DNA of 64,000 bases from Thermoplasmata archaeon. GTDB lineage: Archaea; Thermoplasmatota; Thermoplasmata; Lutacidiplasmatales; UBA184. Below the pieces are notes generated by a model. It ran no database searches. It saw only the letters and a program-made list of their open reading frames with translations, and was not told where the DNA came from. The position numbers were made by a program, and so were the translations under genes. Location of the stretch: positions 9,006 to 73,005 of the forward strand of contig JBKQPJ010000014.1 of the NCBI GenBank assembly GCA_052326305.1. Direction: 5' to 3'. Shown here piece after piece: positions 52,591 to 61,493 of this stretch (its first letter is position 1; every line of letters begins with the position of its first letter).

Positions 52591-54681
52591 CTAGGTCGGC
52601 GAGCACGCGGGCACTGCCGGTCCGGGAAGGAACAAGAAGATACCCGCGTCGCCGGAGCGGTAGAGCGCGGAGAAGTCCGGCGAGCCCGTGAGCGCCGCCA
52701 TCTTCAACGGGGAAAAGGAGACCGTCGTCGCTCCCGTGACGAAGACCTCGGTGACGTTCAGATCAAGCAGCGCCGTCCGGGTCGTGGACGAATAGACCCC
52801 GTGCGTTAAGTTGCCGATCGCGACCGAGTAGGATCGATTGACGGAGAGGGGGAGGACGGGAAAGATCAGGTGGCTATCGGAATAGAGGGGGAGGAACGAC
52901 GCGGCCGACCCCGGAGACACGAACACCCGGGAGCAGGCGGGGAGGTGGGCTCCGGCCCACGCGAGCGCGTCGAGGTCCGCGACCGTCACGTTCGCGAGGG
53001 CGTCCAGGTGGCTGTCGAGGTAGTGGGGGGCATCGAGCACGGTCACGCCTCCCCCGACCCCGAGAGAAACGACGACCATCGCCGCGGCGACGACCTGCCT
53101 CAGACCGGGGGACCTCGGCTCCCTCCGGGAGGCGCGAGGACTGACGGCCCCGGCAGCCCGGTCCGGAGGGGCGTCCACGGTCGATCCCGACGGTCTTCCC
53201 GACAAGGAGAGGAATTCCACCGCGACCAGTACCGGGACCAGTGCCAACGCCTGGTAGCAGACGAAGAGGAAGTACGACGTTTCGTCGACGCTCGAGATCC
53301 CGGAGAGCCCCGCGGCCCCCACGGAGGAGGGGGTCAGGATGACAAGGGCCGTAGTGACGAGAAAGGTCACCGTCGTGGTGGCGATTACTGGGCCGACGAA
53401 ATCGGCCGGGAGGAATCTCCGGAGCCGCCCCTTCGGGCTCAGCCCCCACAGCGCGAGCAGCACTAGACCGATACCGAGAAGGATCGTGAGCTCGGCATCC
53501 AGGCCCTGAAGGGGAGAGACCTTCGGCTTCCAGAAGACGAACGGGTCGAGGTCACCGATGAACGATACGGTCGGCGGTGGCGGCCCGACGGGGGTCGCCG
53601 CGTACGGTCGGTTCCCGATCGCCGAGAGCACGTGCGACGGGTAAGGGAACCAGACCGCGAATCCGGCAAGACTTCGGAGGATGAAACCGAGGCCCACCGC
53701 CAGGATCACGGCCACCCTCGCGGTCCATCGGGCGACACTGCCGTGGAGCCCGGGAGCGAACAGAACTAGGAACCCCACGAGGAGGAAGAACAGGAGCTCC
53801 CCTACCGCCACACTGAGGCAGGTGCAGACCCCCAGAAGGACTCCGAACGCGGCGGCCTCTCTCCAGCCCGGCGACGTACCGGTGACGAACGGCTTGAGCC
53901 ATCCCAGTACCACCAGCAGCAGCGGCAGACAGAATGCGAAGTCGAACGATCCACCCACGAAGAAGCGCGGCCAGCTCGCGATCAGGCCGAAGAACGCCGC
54001 GGAGGTCAGACCGGTCCGCGTTCCGCGCGGGGTTCCGAGACCCCCGAGGCGCTCTCCCCAGCAGTAGGCCCCCACCAGCGAGAAGCTGAGGAAGAACGTC
54101 GGAAGGGCGACCGTGCTCGAGGGGATGGACCAACCGAGCAGGAGCACCGGCAGGCTCAGCCAGACGGCGGCCCCGGCGGGATAGGTGATGCCGTAGTCGG
54201 CGTACGGCCGTAACGTCCAGGGGATCGCGTGGTGGTTCAGGATCACCTGGACCAGGAGGGACGCCCAGCTTCCGTCGATGGCATTGGGCATCGTCCGTGC
54301 GCCGGTCGAGACCACCTCCAGGACGAGCAAACCGAACGTTCCGCCGATGAGCAAGATCCCGGGCCACGAACGGACCCAGCAGAGTCCCGCCCGGAGGGAG
54401 CTACCCCCTTCTCTCCACCATACCACCGCCAGGACGACTCCGCCCACGGCCAGGAGGCCGGCGACGACGGTCGAACCGAAGGCCGGGACCGGAAGCGACG
54501 CCACGACGAAGAACAGGGCGCCCGTCGCGAAGAACGCCGAAAGGATCCGCTCGGGGGTCGAGAGGCGGAACCTCCGGCCGACCGCCCACTCGGCTCCGCG
54601 GAGGAGTACCGTCCCGAGAGGGAGCGTGACCAGGAACAGGAGGAGCAGCCCCGCCACCACCGTCAGCGGGGAAAGCGGCAC
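52591..54681 (-). CDS. Large polytopic membrane protein (>=12 TM) with C-terminal extracytoplasmic domain; possible GT-C-like enzyme
   Basis: 696 aa with a GTG start. A GGATAAGA box (minus sense) lies 30 nt upstream. Hydrophobic helices cover the first ~480 aa and a soluble domain of about 200 aa follows. I recognise no diagnostic motif. Confidence 0.6.
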   Translation of the reverse strand: MPLSPLTVVAGLLLLFLVTLPLGTVLLRGAEWAVGRRFRLSTPERILSAFFATGALFFVVASLPVPAFGSTVVAGLLAVGGVVLAVVWWREGGSSLRAGLCWVRSWPGILLIGGTFGLLVLEVVSTGARTMPNAIDGSWASLLVQVILNHHAIPWTLRPYADYGITYPAGAAVWLSLPVLLLGWSIPSSTVALPTFFLSFSLVGAYCWGERLGGLGTPRGTRTGLTSAAFFGLIASWPRFFVGGSFDFAFCLPLLLVVLGWLKPFVTGTSPGWREAAAFGVLLGVCTCLSVAVGELLFFLLVGFLVLFAPGLHGSVARWTARVAVILAVGLGFILRSLAGFAVWFPYPSHVLSAIGNRPYAATPVGPPPPTVSFIGDLDPFVFWKPKVSPLQGLDAELTILLGIGLVLLALWGLSPKGRLRRFLPADFVGPVIATTTVTFLVTTALVILTPSSVGAAGLSGISSVDETSYFLFVCYQALALVPVLVAVEFLSLSGRPSGSTVDAPPDRAAGAVSPRASRREPRSPGLRQVVAAAMVVVSLGVGGGVTVLDAPHYLDSHLDALANVTVADLDALAWAGAHLPACSRVFVSPGSAASFLPLYSDSHLIFPVLPLSVNRSYSVAIGNLTHGVYSSTTRTALLDLNVTEVFVTGATTVSFSPLKMAALTGSPDFSALYRSGDAGIFLFLPGPAVPACSPT

Positions 54682-54949
54682 GCCGCACTCCGCGGTGGCG
54701 ATTCATCTTATCCCTTTAGGTTCGCCGCGGCCGTTCGGGACGCTCGAGAGTTTTGATTTCCGGGGGATGTACCGCCCGGGACCCGCGTACCCCCGCGAAC
54801 CTCAACGAGAGTTCGGGGGCCTCTACCCGCGGCGCCCACCGGCGCGACCGGCCCTAGCTTCTCCGCTCGACCTCTCGGTCGGAGGATGACGTCTTACCGG
54901 GACTGGGAAGCTTTTAAACCGACCACCCCACCTGTCTCCGGTAGGTCGG

Positions 54950-55825
54950 GTGGCAAGCCCTCATCCACGCGACCATGATTCGAAAGGAACCGGAAGGTCG
55001 CCAGGATTCGCCACAAGTGTACGGGGCGAGTGTGCAATGAACCCGCCGGGCCCGTCGTTCCCAATCGGCTTGTCCCTCATCATCCCGGCGTACAACGAGG
55101 AGGATCGACTCGGTCCCACGCTCGACCATTACCTTCCGGTCCTCGAGGCGTATCGGATCCCGTTCGAAGTGTTAGTGGTGCTTGACGGCGCGGACGGCAC
55201 GGAGGCGGTGGCCCGGCGCTACGCGGACCGCGGGGTGCGCTGTCTACGGTACGGCCAGAAGCTCGGGCGCGGGGGCGCGATCCTGGCAGGGTTCCGTCAC
55301 GCCCGCCTGTCGCTGGTCGCCTTCGCGGACGCCGACGGGAGCGTGCCGGCGGCGGATTTTCGGAAGCTGATCGACATCGGGCTGGAACAGAAGATCAGTG
55401 TCATCGCGTCCCGGCGGATCGATCCCTCCATGGTCGTGGTCCCCGAGCCGGCCATGCGGCGGCTTATCGGATGGACGTGGCACGCCTTCGTTCGGGTCTC
55501 CCTGAACCTGCGCGTCGCGGATGCGCAGTGCGGCCTGAAGATATTCCCCCATGACGTCATCGACCTCATCCTGCGACGGCTCACCGTGACGAACCGCGCC
55601 TTCGAGGTCGGGATGCTGTTCCACGTGGTGAACGCCGGCTACCCCCTCGTGGAGGTCCCGGTCGAGTACGTTCACGACTTCAACACCCGGATGCCGATCA
55701 CCAAGGCGATCCCGGTTATGTTCCTCACCTTGATCGGCATGGCCTTGGCCAACCGGTTCAGGTACCGACGAGCCCTTCCGCTCGGGGCGATGCAGCGGCT
55801 GAACTTGATCTTCCGAAGCACGTGA
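54950..55825 (+). CDS. GT2 glycosyltransferase (dolichyl-phosphate hexose synthase-like)
   Basis: LSLIIPAYNEEDRL, VLDGADGT and FADADGS are present, with a C-terminal TM (VMFLTLIGMALA). The start is either GTG 54950, shortly after the TTTTAAA box at 54912-54918, or ATG 55037. Confidence 0.8.
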   Translation: MASPHPRDHDSKGTGRSPGFATSVRGECAMNPPGPSFPIGLSLIIPAYNEEDRLGPTLDHYLPVLEAYRIPFEVLVVLDGADGTEAVARRYADRGVRCLRYGQKLGRGGAILAGFRHARLSLVAFADADGSVPAADFRKLIDIGLEQKISVIASRRIDPSMVVVPEPAMRRLIGWTWHAFVRVSLNLRVADAQCGLKIFPHDVIDLILRRLTVTNRAFEVGMLFHVVNAGYPLVEVPVEYVHDFNTRMPITKAIPVMFLTLIGMALANRFRYRRALPLGAMQRLNLIFRST

Positions 55826-55902
55826 TTCCGTTCCCGACCCGTGACGGTTAACCCCCTTCGCCTTTTCGGCGCTGGAACTCGTAGAGCTCCCCCTCACAGC
55901 GG

Positions 55903-57135
55903 GTGTTTGTGAACGGCTCGAATCCAGCTTCCCCGGCCCTCCCGCCCTGTCCGTTCGCCGTCGTCGCACCCACCCCCTTCTACTCGCCCGGCGGGTGCAG
56001 CGCTCGGATCCTCGGCGAGATCGGGGGAATGCCCGCGACCCAACGAACGCCCACCGTGTTCACCTACGGTACGGGCGCGGACGTACCTGGGCTCCGCACG
56101 GTGCGGGTCGGTCCGAAGATCGCCGGATTCACTGGTGGTTTTCACTGGTCCCGGCCGATCTTCGACGCGCTCCTCTCGAAGGCGATCCTTTCCAGCAGGG
56201 AGCGGCCCCGCTCCCTCCACGTCCACCTTCACGAGGGCGGCCTGATCGGTCGGATCGCCCGGACCCTGAGGAACGTGCCCTACGTGGTGGACCTTCAGGG
56301 ATCCTTGGTCGAGGAAGTGCTCCGTCGCTCGAAGCAGGGGGAGACAGGTATCGCAGGAACCACCCTCTCCGGCGTCGAGCACCTCGCCGAGAACGGCGCG
56401 AGCTACGTCGTGGTCAGCTCTCCTTCGATGTACGATCGCCTTCAAACTCGGCTCCCGAACCTCCGGGAGCGGGTCTTCCTGATCGATGACGGCATCCCGG
56501 ACGCCTCGATCCTGAACGCGGAGGACCGGGCCCGCTACCGACGAGAGGTCCGTTCCACGCTCGGCGACGCGGAGGGGTCGGTGGTCATCGCCTACGTAGG
56601 TTCCCTCTCCGCCTCCCAGGGCATCGACCGCCTCATCGCGGCGGCGCCGGGCATCCTTCGGTCCGTACCAACCGCGACCTTCCGCATCTACGGGACACCG
56701 AACCCGGGGTTCAGTATCTCGAGGTACACCGAGGCTGCCCGCCGGCTCGGCGTAGAGTCGCGGATCCGGTTCATGGGGGCGGTCCCATACGAGCAGGCGA
56801 CCCGGGCCCTCGCCGCGGCCGACATCGCGGTGTCGTGGAAGGCGAATCCCTTCGAAGCGAACGGAAAGATCGCCGTCTACCTGGGGGCGGGGGTGCCCAC
56901 CGTGGCGATACGCTCCCCGATCGTCGAACGGTATCTGGGGAAGGGCGGCGAACGGGGAGGTGTGATCGCGGCCGACGCCGACGAAGCGGCGCAGTGCGTC
57001 GTGCGGCTGGCCCGCGATCCCGAGTTACGGGAACGGCTGGGGAACGCAGCGTTGAGCACGGCGCGCGACAGGCTCGGCTGGTCGGTTCGGAGCGGGCAGA
57101 TCCTCGATCTCCACCGCCGACTGTACGCCTCGTGA
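55903..57135 (+). CDS. GT4 (GT-B fold) glycosyltransferase
   Basis: The N-terminal VVAPTPFYSPGGCSARI and the C-terminal GSLSASQGIDRLI...FEANGKIAVYLGAGVPTV are typical of the group 1 family. The start codon is uncertain. Confidence 0.8.
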   Translation: MFVNGSNPASPALPPCPFAVVAPTPFYSPGGCSARILGEIGGMPATQRTPTVFTYGTGADVPGLRTVRVGPKIAGFTGGFHWSRPIFDALLSKAILSSRERPRSLHVHLHEGGLIGRIARTLRNVPYVVDLQGSLVEEVLRRSKQGETGIAGTTLSGVEHLAENGASYVVVSSPSMYDRLQTRLPNLRERVFLIDDGIPDASILNAEDRARYRREVRSTLGDAEGSVVIAYVGSLSASQGIDRLIAAAPGILRSVPTATFRIYGTPNPGFSISRYTEAARRLGVESRIRFMGAVPYEQATRALAAADIAVSWKANPFEANGKIAVYLGAGVPTVAIRSPIVERYLGKGGERGGVIAADADEAAQCVVRLARDPELRERLGNAALSTARDRLGWSVRSGQILDLHRRLYAS

Positions 57136-57177
57136 TCGATTGGGCCGAGGTGGAACCGCGGCCCGCCGGCTCCGGGA

Positions 57178-60100
57178 TCAGGCTCGGCGGCGATCCGAGG
57201 GGGCGAAACGACCGGGCCGGAGGGTCGCGAACAGAGCGAGCAGAACCACCGACCCGATGGCGCCCCCCCCGGCCGCCCCGACAAACTCCACCTGGGCCAT
57301 CCGGAGTGCTCCTTCCGGGTTGGGAGCGCTTACGTCGAGGGAGCCGATCCCCGAGACCGACGCCAGGACCACGGAAGACCCTCCATCCTTGATCGCCTCG
57401 ACCGCGTACGCGCCGGGCAGGAGCTCGAGCTGGGCTGGTTCGAGAAGTTTCAGACCGTCGACCCGGACGGCCGTCCCGGCGGGTGCGATGACCGGATAGG
57501 CGACTGACGCGCGGAGCGTCCAGAGCTCCGCCGGCGTCGAGCAGGGACCGGCCACCAAGAGGTTCCCCGAGTTCGCATCGTAGCCGAGCGATCCGGCGCA
57601 GGTCCCGGTGGCCACGAACCCGTCAAAGTTGCCGTTCGTGGAGTTGTAGATCGTGACCAGCCCATCCGCCACGCCGCCGACGAAGAGAAGGCCATGGGCG
57701 AGGAAGAAGCCGTCCGTGGACCCTCCGTGGGCGTCCACGGCAAGGATCGATCCGCTCGTAGCGTTCAGCCAGACGGTCTTTGGAGGGAAACTCTGGGTGG
57801 CGACGACGAGCGGCCCGGTAACGGCCACGTGGTTGGCGATCACCCCATAGTGGTAGATCTGAGCGAGATCCCCGGTCGAGAGATTGTACGCCGTGGCGCT
57901 GGGGAAGCGGCCGGAACCGACCAGGAGCTCTCCACGGAGCGGATCCAACGCGAGGGAAGTGCCGGTCGGTATCACGGTATAGGTCCGGAGCGTGGTGAAC
58001 GTCCCGAGATCGATCTCGAGGACCTTGCCGGAGGACGGTATCAGGGCGTAGACTGACGGGGCCTCCTCTCCGAACGCGAACGCAGTGACCGGCGCCGACA
58101 CGACCAGGGTCGCCGACAAGGTCAGATCACCGGCCAGGCCCACGGAGTAGTCGACCAAGGTATCTCCCCCGGCCGACACGATGAGCGCCGTGGCCGAGGG
58201 CGACAGACCCATCGCGAGCACCTCGGCGTGACCCGCGGGGAGGGCGACCCGGTAGTTCGATCCGGAGGCGTTCAGGACCTCGAGGGAGTCGTTCGGGGAG
58301 TCGGAGAGGTACGCCACGCCGTTCACCGGATCGACCGCGACCGCCGAGGTCGGCCCGCTCGTGGGGACCGTCCTCAAAAGGACGGATCCGACCGGCCCGG
58401 GTCCGAACCCCTCGATCTCCACGACCTGGGAGGGGATCCCTGGGTCGAAGACCGCGACGAGGTGGTAGTGGGCGGTCACGTACGAGCGCAAGTACGGAAC
58501 CTCCGACTCCAGGCTCAGGGTCTTGTTGCCGACGACCACCAACGGGACGTACGTACGGTTCCAAGTCGAGAAGATCTCGGAGAAGGTCGGGGCCAGGCCG
58601 AAGGGATCGTAACTGAGCGGGGACTGGTTCATCCGCAGCGGCACGGACGGGTAGGTGTAGTCGTCGATGATCGTGGAGAGGTTCAGGAGCACGAGCCGGT
58701 CGGCGCTGGCTGCGAACAGGCTGTCGGCGGTGAAGATCGTCGCGGCGGGGGAGGTGTGCGAATCGAGGTACCCGGCCACCTTCTCTACCTCGGGCAAGGG
58801 GTACACCCGCTGGTAGAGGTTCATGGCCGGCAGACCGTGGGCATAGGGGCTGTTGTACGGGTTCACCGGTCCCAGAATGAGGATCCCGCCGAGCGCGGAG
58901 GGGGCCGTCAGCGCGATCGCGAGGAGAACGACCCGTGCGGTGGCGCGCGTCGACCCCGAATGCGAGGTAGGTCTACTCCACCGGGTCCGGCTCGATCGCT
59001 CCACCGGGCCCTGCGCCGCCGATGTGAGCTGGGCGATCCGATCGGCCAGGTAGATCCCCACCACTAGGCTGGCCGGCGCCGTGATCTCGATGAGGTAGTG
59101 GATGAAGAACGCGGGATAGAGGAAGGTGAAGAAGACCAGGGGGAGGGCGGTCCAGGCGATGAAAAACGGGAACGCCACGCCCTCCCGGGTGCCCGACGCC
59201 GGATCGTCTGGAACAACGTCCGTCCGGACGATCGCCCAACCGACGAGGATGGCGCCGAACAGGACCGGGAGTCCGAGAAAGAACGACTCGCCCTGACCCC
59301 ACGACTGGTAGCTGAGACCGTAGAGCAGCACGAGGATCGTCGCGATCCCAGCGAGCCGGGTCGCCCACCTCGCGGCCCGTGGAGGGCCACTTCCCCGGAA
59401 GTACCACGCCGCGGCTCCGATCATGCCGAGGGCGATCGCCGGGAGGAGCAGGATCCCGTAGGCCAGCGCCCCGAAATGATACGGGGGGAGAACGTGATTC
59501 CGAGAGTACGTGGCCCCGAACCCGTACTGGGCGTAGACCCATGGAAGGGAGGTACGGGCGGCAAAATATCCGAGGATCCCGCCCAGCAGGCCGACGAACC
59601 CGGCGATGGCCGCAATCGTAGAGGCCCAACGGCGTCCGTCGGGGGACCGATAAATCGCGACCGCGAGGAACAGCGGAACGAGGAGCGCGGTGTCCCTCCG
59701 GGTCAGGACGGCGACCGCCAGGAGGACTCCGATGCCGAGGGCCCAAGGAGCGGTCAACGACCCTCTTCTTCCGAAAAGGATCGCGGCGGCGAGGACGAGG
59801 GGGGCGAGGGAGGCGGCCTCGATGATCACGATGCTGTTGTAGTACAGCGAGAGCGGGCTGAACAGGAACACGGAGGCTGCGATCAGCCCCGCGCCCTCGC
59901 TGTGCTGGGAACGGCCGATGGCATAGAGGCCGAGCGCTGTCGCGAGAACTAGCCCGATGAGCTGAAGCCGGGCCACCAGGAGGCTGGCCCCGAACAGCCG
60001 GACCCCCAGGGCGAGGTAGTACGGCACCACCGGTTCGATTCCGACGAAGTTCACGAAGGGGACCTGGCCGTGGGCGATCTGCACCGCGGCGAGGAGGTAG

Positions 60101-60231
60101 CCCCCCTCGTCCAGATCGGTCCACTGGAGCAAGGCGAGGATCGTGTAGACGACAACGCCCCCGATGAGGAGGAGGAGTATCGGGAGCGATCGGGAGAGAC
60201 GTTCGCGAACGGCCAAGAACGAGGCTCTCAT
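57178..60231 (-). CDS. Giant fusion protein: GT-C-type polytopic glycosyltransferase-like N-domain + beta-propeller-like ectodomain + Ig-like domain + C-terminal TM anchor
   Basis: The first loop motif WTDLDEGGY lies after TM1, with about 13 TM helices. NPYNSPY...QRVYPL...TYVPLVVVG follows. Propeller-like repeats (AVDPVNGVAYLSD.., LDPLRGELLVG.., YDANSGNLLVAG) come next. The anchor is GAIGSVVLLALFATL. ATG 60231 is preferred; the ORF opens at 60399. Confidence 0.7.
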   Translation of the reverse strand: MRASFLAVRERLSRSLPILLLLIGGVVVYTILALLQWTDLDEGGYLLAAVQIAHGQVPFVNFVGIEPVVPYYLALGVRLFGASLLVARLQLIGLVLATALGLYAIGRSQHSEGAGLIAASVFLFSPLSLYYNSIVIIEAASLAPLVLAAAILFGRRGSLTAPWALGIGVLLAVAVLTRRDTALLVPLFLAVAIYRSPDGRRWASTIAAIAGFVGLLGGILGYFAARTSLPWVYAQYGFGATYSRNHVLPPYHFGALAYGILLLPAIALGMIGAAAWYFRGSGPPRAARWATRLAGIATILVLLYGLSYQSWGQGESFFLGLPVLFGAILVGWAIVRTDVVPDDPASGTREGVAFPFFIAWTALPLVFFTFLYPAFFIHYLIEITAPASLVVGIYLADRIAQLTSAAQGPVERSSRTRWSRPTSHSGSTRATARVVLLAIALTAPSALGGILILGPVNPYNSPYAHGLPAMNLYQRVYPLPEVEKVAGYLDSHTSPAATIFTADSLFAASADRLVLLNLSTIIDDYTYPSVPLRMNQSPLSYDPFGLAPTFSEIFSTWNRTYVPLVVVGNKTLSLESEVPYLRSYVTAHYHLVAVFDPGIPSQVVEIEGFGPGPVGSVLLRTVPTSGPTSAVAVDPVNGVAYLSDSPNDSLEVLNASGSNYRVALPAGHAEVLAMGLSPSATALIVSAGGDTLVDYSVGLAGDLTLSATLVVSAPVTAFAFGEEAPSVYALIPSSGKVLEIDLGTFTTLRTYTVIPTGTSLALDPLRGELLVGSGRFPSATAYNLSTGDLAQIYHYGVIANHVAVTGPLVVATQSFPPKTVWLNATSGSILAVDAHGGSTDGFFLAHGLLFVGGVADGLVTIYNSTNGNFDGFVATGTCAGSLGYDANSGNLLVAGPCSTPAELWTLRASVAYPVIAPAGTAVRVDGLKLLEPAQLELLPGAYAVEAIKDGGSSVVLASVSGIGSLDVSAPNPEGALRMAQVEFVGAAGGGAIGSVVLLALFATLRPGRFAPSDRRRA

Positions 60232-60655
60232 GACGGTGGGAAGAGGAACGCGGGCCCCCTCGTCGTGCGGGGATCGCGAGCCAGGGGGCGTGAGACCGAC
60301 GTCACCCGCCAAACCCTCGCGCCCCGACACGAAGCCGGACTCGGGTGCCATATTTAGCCCGTCGGCAAGCACAGGCTCGTCGAGTTGTCCTCGTGGCACT
60401 CGGGACCGGGTCGCGGTCGGCCAACCCTGTCATGGTGAGCCTTCCCTTCGGAACTGCCATCTATCCCCTCGAGTTGGGAGCGAGCGAAGGTAGGTTCCCT
60501 TGACCTCCGTCGGTCTAGTTTCCGCGACTAGCCCCCGGGGGATGCCGCTGTGGAGCGCCCGAGTTCGTTTCACACTTCACGCCGGAACCCTTCTCCTGCG
60601 CTTTCCTTCGGTGACGCTCCACCTCCCACGGGGTCTACGTGCCGCCTCGAAGGCG

Positions 60656-61447
60656 ATGGAGGCCCGTGTGACGGAGGAGTTCCAGAGATCCCCGGTGGAC
60701 ATCGGTCGCATCGGAGGTGCCCGGGTCCATCTCAATCCACGCAACACGCTGGCCCAGAACGCTTCGATGGCGATCGCCGGATGGTACGAGCCCGCGGTGA
60801 CCGAGGTGCTCTCTTCGCTCTGTCGCCCGAACGGGCTGGTCGTGGACGTCGGGGCGAACATCGGTTGGTATACCTTCCTCGCCGCCGAGAGGGTGGGCAC
60901 GGGGGGCCGCGTGCTCGGGTTCGAGCCGGACCCGGAGAACTTCCACCTTCTCTCGACGACGCTCCGGGAGAACCCTCGGCCGCAGATCCGAATCCATGAA
61001 TCCTGTCTCTCGGATCGAGACGGGGAGGAGCAGCTCTTCCTTTCCGAGGAGGCCGCCTCCTACCATTCGATCTCCCGACCGGTCGGGGTCCGGTCGATTC
61101 CAGTATCCGCGACCCGACTGGACACCGTGGTCGAGAAGGAGGGGATTCGGTCGATCGATATGGTCAAGGTGGACGTGGAGGGCGGTGAGCCCAAGGTACT
61201 CCGCGGTGCCTTGACGGCGCTCCGATCGGGCGTGATCCGGAGCCTGATCATCGAATGGCGACCGGAGTCGTGGGGGGCGGAAGAGTCGCTCTGGAACGAG
61301 GTGACTGCAATGTTTGATGTGTTTCGGCTCGTGCCGTCTCCCCGCCTACTCGTGGCCTTGTCGGACCCGACGGTCGCGCGGGTCAGTGGGGAGACCACGG
61401 TGGCAGGGATCCACGGACACGACCTGTTCCTCTCATGGAAACGGTAG
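60656..61447 (+). CDS. FkbM-family SAM-dependent methyltransferase
   Basis: VVDVGANIGWYTFLAAE, VLGFEPDPENF and IDMVKVDVEGGEPKVLRGA are present. The start is uncertain (ORF opens at 60500; ATG 60542 or ATG 60656). Confidence 0.8.
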   Translation: MEARVTEEFQRSPVDIGRIGGARVHLNPRNTLAQNASMAIAGWYEPAVTEVLSSLCRPNGLVVDVGANIGWYTFLAAERVGTGGRVLGFEPDPENFHLLSTTLRENPRPQIRIHESCLSDRDGEEQLFLSEEAASYHSISRPVGVRSIPVSATRLDTVVEKEGIRSIDMVKVDVEGGEPKVLRGALTALRSGVIRSLIIEWRPESWGAEESLWNEVTAMFDVFRLVPSPRLLVALSDPTVARVSGETTVAGIHGHDLFLSWKR

Positions 61448-61493
61448 CCGGGGCCGATCCAGCGCGGTCCGTGCAGGACGCCGGACCCCGGGA

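Noticed and set aside
54403-54420. WWREGG in the 696-aa membrane protein as a possible AglB/STT3 WWDYG motif
   Set aside because: It lies after the third predicted helix near the N-terminus. In AglB/STT3 the motif sits in the soluble region after the last TM helices. The Asp-Tyr of the motif is also absent.
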